From IMG/VR virus record IMGVR_UViG_3300031417_000379: DNA of 64,000 nucleotides; one strand, given 5' to 3'. Below are positions 56,786 to 64,000 of the stretch, in pieces (positions within the stretch are counted from its first letter, which is position 1; each line of letters starts with the position of its first letter). Below the pieces are notes generated by a model. It saw only the letters and a list, made by a program, of their open reading frames with translations, did no database searches and was not told where the DNA came from. This DNA comes from a virus (taxonomy: Duplodnaviria; Heunggongvirae; Uroviricota; Caudoviricetes). A program made the translations under genes and the position numbers.

Positions 56786-57997
56786 TTAGTCACTCGAATC
56801 TGTCTGACCTGTAAGCTCGCCGGTGACCGGGTTGAACGATGCACCTGCGTTGTACTGATTAGCTTTGCCGAGGAAGAAGATGTCGTCGTTCGTTAGTCCA
56901 TACTTGCGAACACGCTCCATGTCGAAAACCTGCGTTCTCTCACTGTATGCTCTTCCAAGCTGAGCAGATTTACCGGCCTTTACGATCTCGCCGAACTCAG
57001 ACGGACCAAGCTTCTCCTTTAGCTTTGCCATACGGATGGCCGGTGACTTCGGTAGCTTATCCTCGATACGTTTACGAAGGATGCTAGAGGAGCTGGGATT
57101 CGCGTAAACGCGCTCAAGCTGTAGATCTTGATCAACGAGAGCAGTGAGTGTCGCCTCTCGAGTGCGAGTATCACTAGCGATCCAGTACTGGAGACGCTCG
57201 TGGTTACGCTTGAGAGCAACGATTCCGAGTTTTGTAATGTCGCCGCTGGTGAGCCTGTGCGGAAGTCCGGTGGTGGCGAAGTAGCTGAGGTACTTCTCCG
57301 GAGCGTTCGCGAGCATGGCTTCAGTAAGCTTCCCACTCGTAAGCGCTGTCTCAGGCTTGAGAGGATGAGTAGCCCAGTTGTTATCCTCGAGCCAGGTCTG
57401 TAAACGCTGCGAGGTGATGTGGTTGTCTTGGCTTAAGACACGAGCGAAATCACTCTTTGCATAACGATCAAGTCGTTTACTGCTGTTGACTTGATCAAAG
57501 TGAGCGTCGGTTAGATGCGGGCTGTTGACCACGCGCCCTATCGGAGTGCTTGAGTCTTTAAGCTTTGACCAGCTTAGGAAGTTATTCGGTACCGAAAGAA
57601 GAACCTCTTCAAGATCCTCAGGAGTCATCGATTGATTAGGTTCGCCGCCGGCGACGAGAATAGCGGCTCGCACCTTCGGCGATGTGGCCCGTGCTAACGC
57701 CTTAGCTGCCTGAGCAGGAGTCAGATTCGGGTTCTTAGCCACGTTCCCGAGAGTTCTTTCTGACCCCTGTTCGATGGCAGCGTTGATGATCCCTGGATCA
57801 TCGGTAGTCTTGGACTGAGCGTTGAGCTCTTTGAGAGGGAGCTTCGCGAAGACCTGTGAGCCCTGCTTTTCCTCAAAAGCCGCACGAGCAGCTTCCGACG
57901 AAGTGTAGTGTTCGTTCTCACCACCGAACGGGCAGTTGCCCTTGGTAGCTGAACACTTGCCGGCGTCACCGGTCTCAGGATTAACGTGATAGCGCAT
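56786..57997 (-). CDS. HCCH-module protein (N-terminal), C-terminal domain unknown
   Basis: MRYHVNPETGDAGKCSATKGNCPFGGENEHYTSSEAARAAFE module. Confidence 0.8.
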   Translation of the reverse strand: MRYHVNPETGDAGKCSATKGNCPFGGENEHYTSSEAARAAFEEKQGSQVFAKLPLKELNAQSKTTDDPGIINAAIEQGSERTLGNVAKNPNLTPAQAAKALARATSPKVRAAILVAGGEPNQSMTPEDLEEVLLSVPNNFLSWSKLKDSSTPIGRVVNSPHLTDAHFDQVNSSKRLDRYAKSDFARVLSQDNHITSQRLQTWLEDNNWATHPLKPETALTSGKLTEAMLANAPEKYLSYFATTGLPHRLTSGDITKLGIVALKRNHERLQYWIASDTRTREATLTALVDQDLQLERVYANPSSSSILRKRIEDKLPKSPAIRMAKLKEKLGPSEFGEIVKAGKSAQLGRAYSERTQVFDMERVRKYGLTNDDIFFLGKANQYNAGASFNPVTGELTGQTDSSD

Positions 57998-58021
57998 AGG
58001 AACCTCCGATGAGCTATCTAA

Positions 58022-58702
58022 TCAGCTAAGGCCGATCTTGGTGTGAAGCTCGCAAAGCTCTTCAGCTGTGGGCTTCCACTCGAGCAAGTTCATGGCCATG
58101 TGACCCTGACCCACGGCGTCGTCGAGAGCATGGTGTGTGTGAGGTACATCGGTCTTGAGCAAGTGCTTCGGCATCCAACGCTTGGTTGCCCTGGAATACG
58201 GAACATCAGCCTTGGTTGCGTAGGTTTCTTTGAGATCCTTCACCCCGCTGAAGCCGAAGGGGCTAGTGACGCCGAAGTGATCCAGATACCAGCTCACGAA
58301 CTTCCAATCGAAAGCAGCCGGATAAGCAGTGAAGAGAGGACGTGCTCCTTCGATGCGCTTCTGCGCGAGGTTCACCCAGCGAGCAAATTGCTGGATAGCA
58401 TCGGCAGCCTCAACGCCGTGGTCCTTCATCCACTGAAGGCGAAGCTCTCCAGTAGGGTCGTCGGCTTCGAAACCTTCCAGCAAGCCCACCTTAATTGCGT
58501 CGGGGATGAAGTTGTCGTTGAGAGGCTTGAACTCAATGTAGAACGTGTTCTGAGCGTCATGCCGGTCGAAGCGAACGTAGTCGCCGGACTTCAGACGCGC
58601 TCCAGCAATGAACGCGCCGAGTGAAGACATGGAGTAATCTCCAGGGTTCGGACCGGTGGCCTCGATGTCAACAGAGATGTAGAACTCAGAATAGTTACCC
58701 AT
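58022..58702 (-). CDS. DnaQ-like DEDDh 3'-5' exonuclease
   Basis: Exo I ISVDIEATG near the N-terminus and Exo III HHALDDA near the C-terminus. Confidence 0.8.
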   Translation of the reverse strand: MGNYSEFYISVDIEATGPNPGDYSMSSLGAFIAGARLKSGDYVRFDRHDAQNTFYIEFKPLNDNFIPDAIKVGLLEGFEADDPTGELRLQWMKDHGVEAADAIQQFARWVNLAQKRIEGARPLFTAYPAAFDWKFVSWYLDHFGVTSPFGFSGVKDLKETYATKADVPYSRATKRWMPKHLLKTDVPHTHHALDDAVGQGHMAMNLLEWKPTAEELCELHTKIGLS

Positions 58703-58738
58703 AGGCTCATGCTATCACCTTAAGACAGTTACTTCAAT

Positions 58739-59302
58739 TCAGAGCTCGTAGCCTTGCTCCCAAAGAGCGTACGCGAGTGACGACGGCTGGTTAATGCTGA
58801 GCGCAACAGAAACCGGAGCTCTGTTCTCTTCTGTCATCCAGCCCCAGATATGACGCCGAGCCTGCCAGCTCTCGACTGTTTCATCCTCAGGCGCATCAGA
58901 GTTGTCCCAGTAACCAAAGTCTCGAAAGAGGCCAGAGTTAATAAGAGCTTCTCTGTAACTCTTGTCTTCGGAGTAAATGAGTGCGAGTACAGAGTCATCA
59001 CTGTAGGAGGGCAGCAGCATGAGTTCGTAACCGATGTCAGCTCTACTAAACGTGTGAGTGGCGGCTCTCTTGAGATGCTCAACGGCCGCGAAAACAGCAT
59101 GTTCCGCATCGTAGGTCTTACCCAGTGGTTCGCGAAGATCAAAGACATCTTCCGGCGTGTCGCCGCCGCGAGACTCGAGGATCTCAATGAGATTCTTAGC
59201 CTTACTGAAGAACAGTGGTTCGAGAACGGCCCTCGCTTGGCGAGCCACATCAAACGCTGAACCGGCTGCGCTGTGCATGCCGTCGTAGATAGTGATACTC
59301 AT
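58739..59302 (-). CDS. hypothetical protein
   Basis: 187-aa ORF. Confidence 0.65.
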   Translation of the reverse strand: MSITIYDGMHSAAGSAFDVARQARAVLEPLFFSKAKNLIEILESRGGDTPEDVFDLREPLGKTYDAEHAVFAAVEHLKRAATHTFSRADIGYELMLLPSYSDDSVLALIYSEDKSYREALINSGLFRDFGYWDNSDAPEDETVESWQARRHIWGWMTEENRAPVSVALSINQPSSLAYALWEQGYEL

Positions 59303-59316
59303 GGCGCTATCTTACA

Positions 59317-60126
59317 TTACTTACGGTCTAGATGGCGAACGTAAGCTCCGGTCGTGATGAAGCCCGGGCGTCCGATGAGCTCTTCAGCTTTCTTCTGAAT
59401 CGGCTTGGGTGTCTTGCGCACAAACTCAGGAAGCTCTCTACGGCGAGCCTTATCTTTGAAAAGCTCCGCGAACTCCTTAGCAAAGAGCTTTGCTCGGCCT
59501 TCGACAGTGTCTACCTGAACATCCGAGTTTCGGCCTTTGCCCTTCAGCGAAGCTTCGTAGTCAAAGTTAAGATAGTGCCCGTCTTCAATGAGCAGCTTCT
59601 GCACATCGTAGAGGTTCCAATGGTTGATCTTCCGAGTCTGGTTCTTCCCAGGGCCGGCGCTCATCTCAACGATGGTGGCTAAACCACGCTCCATAGCTTC
59701 GTTAGTAGCCATCTTCTCTTCATCGCGCAGCTCGAGTTTGTCGAGCCACTTGCCAACCTCGTTAGCCGAAACTGAGAAGTAAGATGCGATGGTGCCAAGA
59801 TTCACCCACTGCGGCTCCGCGGAAGCCGGCTCCTTGAGCTCCTGGTTAACAGCCGCTCGCTCAAAGTTGTTTCCGAGAGTTGAAAGCTGCCCTTCTACTA
59901 CAGCTAGATTCCAAAGAACCTTACCCTCGTGCGCATCGACAAGACCGTCAGAAGCGGCCTTCTTTGTGGGCTTACCAGCGTCGGTAACCCACCCCTGCTT
60001 AAAGAGAATGAAGCGTAGAGCATTCGCGTCAAGCCCCTTGAAGTTCGACGCAAGTTTAGCAGTGGCCGAATGTGAGGGGAAAGCACCGGAAGTGTACTTG
60101 ATGAGAGGGCCGTTGAGCTTTTCCAT
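59317..60126 (-). CDS. hypothetical protein
   Basis: 269-aa ORF. Confidence 0.7.
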   Translation of the reverse strand: MEKLNGPLIKYTSGAFPSHSATAKLASNFKGLDANALRFILFKQGWVTDAGKPTKKAASDGLVDAHEGKVLWNLAVVEGQLSTLGNNFERAAVNQELKEPASAEPQWVNLGTIASYFSVSANEVGKWLDKLELRDEEKMATNEAMERGLATIVEMSAGPGKNQTRKINHWNLYDVQKLLIEDGHYLNFDYEASLKGKGRNSDVQVDTVEGRAKLFAKEFAELFKDKARRRELPEFVRKTPKPIQKKAEELIGRPGFITTGAYVRHLDRK

Positions 60127-60149
60127 AGCATCCGTTTCTTTAGTGAGTT

Positions 60150-60584
60150 CTAGTCTGCAAAGACAAAGTCGAGATGAAGCCCCTTATCGCCGATGGCGTA
60201 AGGCTTCTCAATGATGATTGCGCCTTGATCCTCGTAGACACGACGAGAGCTTTCCTTGCTAGCGCCGTAGAGAGGGTAGACGTTACGGTCCTTAGCAAAG
60301 TTCACAATGGCTTTAAGGAACTCATCACTTTTACCGCTTCCACGGTGGATCGGATCAATAGCCATCGCCCTTAGTCTCCAGTTGATGTTGTCAGCTCCAA
60401 CTTTCTTCATGTCAGGGACGATGCTCGCGATACCAGCAACTCGGTCATCGTGGACCCAGATAATGTGCTTGGCAGCGTCGGATGTGTCGCCGGTGTAGAG
60501 AGGAGCGTCGTCTGAAAAGCCGAGCCAACGACGACGGTACAGTTGTACCTCGCTGAGTTCGACGGAGAACAGGGCCATAGTCAT
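60150..60584 (-). CDS. GNAT-family N-acetyltransferase
   Basis: Motif A-like RLRAMAIDPIHRGSGKSDEFLKAIVNFA. Confidence 0.7.
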   Translation of the reverse strand: MTMALFSVELSEVQLYRRRWLGFSDDAPLYTGDTSDAAKHIIWVHDDRVAGIASIVPDMKKVGADNINWRLRAMAIDPIHRGSGKSDEFLKAIVNFAKDRNVYPLYGASKESSRRVYEDQGAIIIEKPYAIGDKGLHLDFVFAD

Positions 60585-60627
60585 GGGTCCTATATCAACT
60601 AGCTTTCAGGTATGTTACCATGGCGTT

Positions 60628-60999
60628 ATGACTCACTACCCAGTCGTTCTCATCGATGACCTTCGCTCATTCGTGCAGAAGCGAGACGATGCTCTTGTCC
60701 TGCGTACGCTTGCTGAGGCTCTCTCCTGGTTCACCGATGTGAAGTCCGAGGACACCGTTGGCCAGCTTTGGCTCGACCACGACCTCGGCAAGAACGACAA
60801 GGGCGAAATCATCGAGATCATCCCCTTCGTGGCGGAGCTCGAAGAGCGCGCCTACTTCGGTACTGCGCCGGAGATCGAGCAGGTCATCGTGCACTCGTCG
60901 AACAACCAGCGTGGTCCGAAGATGGTGGTTCCGCTTTCTCGTTACTTCGCGGTGCAGACCATTGCGCAGTCTGAGCTGGACAACTACCTGGTTCAGTAG
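60628..60999 (+). CDS. CPR-like (cyclic-phosphate processing receiver) domain protein (tentative)
   Basis: VVLIDDLRSF...QLWLDHDLGKNDKGE matches the hhLDDxR ... LDHDLG signature of CPR domains; start taken at ATG 60628 because the longer ORF overlaps the divergent GNAT start. Confidence 0.5.
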   Translation: MTHYPVVLIDDLRSFVQKRDDALVLRTLAEALSWFTDVKSEDTVGQLWLDHDLGKNDKGEIIEIIPFVAELEERAYFGTAPEIEQVIVHSSNNQRGPKMVVPLSRYFAVQTIAQSELDNYLVQ

Positions 61000-61010
61000 T
61001 CACAACACGT

Positions 61011-61057
61011 ATACTTCTATCCCCGGATGCAGTAATAGCATCCGGGGATAGAAGTAT
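61011..61057. terminator. bidirectional terminator, perfect 20-bp stem (atacttctatccccggatgc / gcatccggggatagaagtat)
   Basis: Exactly between convergent 60628..60999(+) and 61061..61795(-). Confidence 0.7.
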
Positions 61058-61060
61058 GTT

Positions 61061-61795
61061 TTACGCAGTCTTACGAGCATCCAGTCGTCGCTCAAGCTCC
61101 GCCATAAAAGTGTGATAGCGATCTGCGTTCTCGAGCTTCTCTCGGATGTATTCTAGCCGACGCCCTACGCTAGAAGCGATGGTCTCTAGCATCTCATCGA
61201 TCGACGTAATCTCTCCGATGTTAGCCTGGTCGTACCTCGAAAGTGTCTGATCATTCTCATAATAGCTCTTTGGGAACACTTCGAAGCGTTGAAGCGTCTC
61301 AAGCTGCGCTTCAGCATCCTCCGGGGTAAAAGCTTGCTGTACGAAATTCGGAAGCTCGTCATACTTTGCGTTGTATTCGTTCACCTGATCGATCCTGTCA
61401 AGCATGGCTCGATAGGCCTTAAGGGCGTCCACCACATCCTTGACAATGAGCCCGCGATTGGACTTGGAAAGCCGTTCATCGTGCTCGAAGACAGCCTTAG
61501 CCACCAGACGAAGCTCAGACGGCGTCCAGCTTCTAGGCTCCTTAGTGAGCACCGGAAGAAGTTCCTCAGCTGATTCAGCCTCATCCTGAAGCTCAAGCTC
61601 TTTAGCAAAATCGATGTTGTAGAACCCGTGCATCGGTCCGGCTTCGAACATCTCATCGATAAACACGTCTACATCGTCACGCGGTGCCCGAGGAACACCG
61701 AAGCGCTCAAGCTTTCGAGCAAGGCTATCGTAAGCACTTCGGGCGTAAACAGCCTCTTCAGTAGCCTCGTAGCGCTTCGAGTAAAGCTCGTTCAT
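61061..61795 (-). CDS. hypothetical protein
   Basis: 244-aa ORF. Confidence 0.7.
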   Translation of the reverse strand: MNELYSKRYEATEEAVYARSAYDSLARKLERFGVPRAPRDDVDVFIDEMFEAGPMHGFYNIDFAKELELQDEAESAEELLPVLTKEPRSWTPSELRLVAKAVFEHDERLSKSNRGLIVKDVVDALKAYRAMLDRIDQVNEYNAKYDELPNFVQQAFTPEDAEAQLETLQRFEVFPKSYYENDQTLSRYDQANIGEITSIDEMLETIASSVGRRLEYIREKLENADRYHTFMAELERRLDARKTA

Positions 61796-62121
61796 AAAGC
61801 TGTTGATGTACTCGAGCGACTTCTGCTTCTCCAGCCCGGTATAGCTTCGGTACTCAAGACTCCGTACGAAGAAAGCGATCTGCTGCTCAAGCGCTTCGTT
61901 CTTCGAGATGTAGCTGAAACCGTACGAGCCGAAATCAAGCTTCTTCGCCAGGTTCTTCGTGAGGGTAAACCCCGGAGCGCCATACTTATCGAAGAACGAA
62001 CTTCGCGCCGTCTCGAGTGATTCATAGTGTATTCGCTATCTCCAAAGAGACAGCTGTCCGGCACTTCGCAAGAGTCGATTTTGCCGGTGAGACTGTTGAC
62101 ATGAAAACTAGCCATGTACAC
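61792..62121 (-). CDS. short HCCH-module protein (degenerate module)
   Basis: SFHVNSLTGKIDSCEVPDSCLFGDSEY...H keeps the H-C-C spacing; 109 aa. Confidence 0.55.
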   Translation of the reverse strand: MYMASFHVNSLTGKIDSCEVPDSCLFGDSEYTMNHSRRREVRSSISMALRGLPSRRTWRRSLISARTVSATSRRTKRLSSRSLSSYGVLSTEAIPGWRSRSRSSTSTAL

Positions 62122-62151
62122 AACTGTACATGGCTAGTCCTCAAACGTCAA

Positions 62152-62877
62152 TCAGCTGTTAAGCGAAGCCTGCGCCGCTTCCTTCGAGGTGAAGTGCGCA
62201 TCCTCGTGAGCTACCTTGCAGCTATCAGCACCGTTAGCACAGCGTCTAACAGCGTTAGCATCCGTAGTCACGTGGTACTGACCGGTACGCTTAAGCTGCT
62301 GTCTACGGGCTCTACGTGCTGCTACCGCCTCCTGGTACTTCACGAACGAGGCGTCAGCCTGCTCTTCGACTTTGCGAGCATCATCAACCTGAGCACGAGC
62401 TGCCTCAACAGCCTTCTCTGCGGCTTTGACTGCATCCTGCTTTACACGAAGCTCCTGAACGCTAGCCTGAAGCTCCTTATTGCGAACTTCAAGCTGGCCC
62501 TTCTTCTTTGCCATCTTGTGCTTCGCTACCTCGTGACGGATAAGCTTCGCGAAGTCTCGATCGGAGAAAGAGAGGATACGTCGATCAAGTGTGAAGTTAG
62601 AGAACTGGATACTGTTCTCACCGAGCTTCTCCACCTTCGGCGACCAGGACTGGAGGAACTTACCGAGATCGCCGAGGAACTCGTAGTGCTCAGCACGGAG
62701 GTAGTGAGTACCGAACTTCTTCTTAAGGACACTGTTGCCGACGTAGTTCAGGTGCTGAAGCCGGCGCGTGATGATGCGATCGGTAGCCTCATTCAGCTTC
62801 TCCTGCTCAAGCTTCATGCGTGCCTCAAACTCCTCACGAGCAGCGGCCAGGTTGTTGTAGTTAAGCTTTGCGTTCAT
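62152..62877 (-). CDS. coiled-coil protein with C-terminal HCCH module
   Basis: C-terminus YHVTTDANAVRRCANGADSCKVAHEDAHFTSKEAAQASL carries the same module found at N-termini elsewhere. Confidence 0.75.
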   Translation of the reverse strand: MNAKLNYNNLAAAREEFEARMKLEQEKLNEATDRIITRRLQHLNYVGNSVLKKKFGTHYLRAEHYEFLGDLGKFLQSWSPKVEKLGENSIQFSNFTLDRRILSFSDRDFAKLIRHEVAKHKMAKKKGQLEVRNKELQASVQELRVKQDAVKAAEKAVEAARAQVDDARKVEEQADASFVKYQEAVAARRARRQQLKRTGQYHVTTDANAVRRCANGADSCKVAHEDAHFTSKEAAQASLNS

Positions 62878-62902
62878 TATGGGATTCTCCTTCGCCCTCT
62901 GT

Positions 62903-63223
62903 TTAGTTCTTCTCGATGTGGTGCTTGCCGGCTAGCGGAAGCTTTCGCAGATACTTCTTAACGGCCTCGTTCGGTACGAACGCGACCGCTGTTAGTTCGT
63001 CCTCCAGGTCGGGCTCACGAAAAACAACGGTGTCGAACCCGTTGTGGTGAGCGTCCTGAAGGAGCGCCTCAAGCGACTCCGTGCAGGGAGTCTGGAGAGA
63101 AACGATAAACTGAGAGGTGCTGTGCCAGTTGGCAAAGCTTTCCCCTCGATGAAGTGCGAAATCAGCAACAGCGTGAGCGATCTGGGCAGTCTGCTGGCCC
63201 GATGAAAGCTTTGCGTGCGTCAC
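62903..63223 (-). CDS. PTH2-like (peptidyl-tRNA hydrolase 2 family) protein (tentative)
   Basis: 106 aa; GQQTAQIAHAVADFAL resembles the PTH2 GK.AAQ..HA motif. Confidence 0.45.
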   Translation of the reverse strand: MTHAKLSSGQQTAQIAHAVADFALHRGESFANWHSTSQFIVSLQTPCTESLEALLQDAHHNGFDTVVFREPDLEDELTAVAFVPNEAVKKYLRKLPLAGKHHIEKN

Positions 63224-63305
63224 TAAGTAGAGGGGATATCCTCGATCAGTCTAGAACATTTCCGTAGTACTCCAATTTCTTGATGGTGAATGATGCGTCA
63301 TATGA

Positions 63306-63378
63306 GGTGCCCCCAGTCAGGATCGAACTGACTCAGTTGGGTTTAGAATCCACCGCTCTACCATTGAGCTATAGGGGC
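63306..63378 (-). tRNA. tRNA gene; anticodon CUA (amber-reading) if the canonical 7-nt loop is used; anticodon stem has two mismatches
   Basis: Reverse complement folds with a perfect 7-bp acceptor stem (one G-U), 4-bp D stem with GG loop, 5-bp T stem with TTCGATC loop, U33 and A37; anticodon stem only 3 WC pairs flanked by G-A and A-C; 3' CC encoded. Confidence 0.55.
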
Positions 63379-63558
63379 GTATGAGAAAACTATATCATAC
63401 TGGCTTCGAGTATGCACCTCGAGCGTAAGATTTTTCTCAGATTTTCTAATTACGACTGTTAAGAGCAAGCCTCAAGACTCCACAGGCTGAGAGTACGAGA
63501 GCTATCAACACAATTACTCGCTATATCCTATCAAAGCTAGTAGCTAGCGCTCTTACTC

Positions 63559-63594
63559 TTCGCCGGTGACCATCCGAAGACAGCCACCGGCGAA
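63559..63594. terminator. 10-bp perfect inverted repeat ttcgccggtg/caccggcgaa with 16-nt loop
   Basis: Just downstream of the 63602 stop on the minus strand. Confidence 0.4.
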
Positions 63595-63601
63595 AAGTCG
63601 T

Positions 63602-64000
63602 TTACTTAGCGATGAAGCGGATATCCGTACGGAGACCAGCAGCGGTAGTGCCCTTCTTCGGAGCAACGAGAACAACCAGAGCGTAAGCCGACTTGCCCGG
63701 CTTCAGAACGGTCTTCGCCATGCGAGCGTTGACGATGCCACGAGCAGCGGTGGTGCCGGTACCCGGGAGGACCTGGATGCCGAGCCCGTTCGGAGCGACG
63801 GTGATGTTCTTCTTGCTCTTGTTGGTGAGGGTGATGACGATGGACTTGCTCGAGCCACCCTTCATCTTCGCCCAGGTGTTGTTCGCTGGAGTGACGTAGA
63901 GGTTCGGTCCGGAAACACGAGCGATGTTCTTAGCGCTTCCCGGTGCAGTAGCAACAACCGTGGTACTCGGCTTGGTTACTGCCTGAGCCTGAGCCGCCGG
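63602..64000 (-). CDS. partial CDS (5' end beyond window): Thr/Ala/Pro-rich linker + DUF4352-like beta-rich domain (tentative)
   Basis: Reading frame stays open to the window edge upstream of the annotated Met; C-terminal domain IVITLTNKSKKNITVAPNG...YALVVLVAPKKG resembles Ig-like DUF4352 lipoprotein domains. Confidence 0.55.
   Translation of the reverse strand, partial: PAAQAQAVTKPSTTVVATAPGSAKNIARVSGPNLYVTPANNTWAKMKGGSSKSIVITLTNKSKKNITVAPNGLGIQVLPGTGTTAARGIVNARMAKTVLKPGKSAYALVVLVAPKKGTTAAGLRTDIRFIAK

Noticed and set aside
60583-60627. Longer N-terminal extension of the plus-strand CPR-like gene (start at 60583)
   Set aside because: It would overlap the divergent GNAT start codon on the opposite strand; the downstream ATG at 60628 is more plausible.
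62017-62961. Plus-strand 314-aa ORF
   Set aside because: Overlaps two minus-strand CDSs that carry the conserved HCCH module; Leu/Ser/Val-rich, low-complexity composition.
1-64000. Genetic-code reassignment (TAG read as sense) suggested by the CUA tRNA
   Set aside because: ORFs are long and contiguous under the standard code, and at least two clear genes terminate with TAG (for example stops at 2445 and 3119); no ORF pairs separated only by in-frame TAG were seen.
1-64000. CRISPR arrays
   Set aside because: No regularly spaced short direct repeats with unique spacers seen; repeats found are isolated hairpins or 2-copy direct repeats in intergenic regions.

Overview
This 64-kb window is gene-dense and almost entirely coded on the minus strand. 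Only two plus-strand genes are supported; each ends at a 20-bp perfect-stem hairpin in a convergent junction with the following minus-strand gene. It looks like part of a large mobile element (large phage, phage-plasmid or conjugative element) from a mid/high-GC, probably Actinobacteria-like host. No capsid, terminase, portal, integrase, relaxase or CRISPR array could be identified.

Recognisable content:
- Replication and nucleotide metabolism: DnaG-type primase, Prim-Pol-like replication protein, ThyX-like protein, NrdH-like glutaredoxin, oligoribonuclease-like and DnaQ-like exonucleases.
- A sigma-70-family sigma factor.
- A SNF2-family helicase translationally coupled to 12 tandem, similar-sized (~190-220 aa) predicted all-helical proteins, of which at least three share a recognisable motif.
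- A conjugation/T4SS-like block: FtsK/TraG-like coupling ATPase, small VirB2-like membrane protein, MobC-like relaxosome protein, two TadE-like pseudopilins, CHAP + lytic-transglycosylase hydrolase, and a 1411-aa polytopic membrane/coiled-coil protein. A PIN-PhoH ATPase and a membrane-anchored DUF1524/HNH-like nuclease are interleaved with it.
- Two likely FtsH-modulator homologues (an SPFH/band-7 protein and a BI-1/YccA-family protein).
- A DUF808/YedI membrane protein, a GNAT acetyltransferase, a CPR-like (cyclic-phosphate processing receiver) domain protein, and a PTH2-like protein.
- A tRNA gene whose canonical anticodon would be CUA (amber).

The most unusual observation is a repeated ~35-45-aa H-x9-C-x5/6-C-x7/8-H (putative zinc-binding, 'HCCH') module. 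It sits at the N-terminus of five proteins and the C-terminus of one, each with a different partner domain, including a Pol-beta-type nucleotidyltransferase.

All product calls rest on motif-level recognition by eye and need profile searches to confirm.
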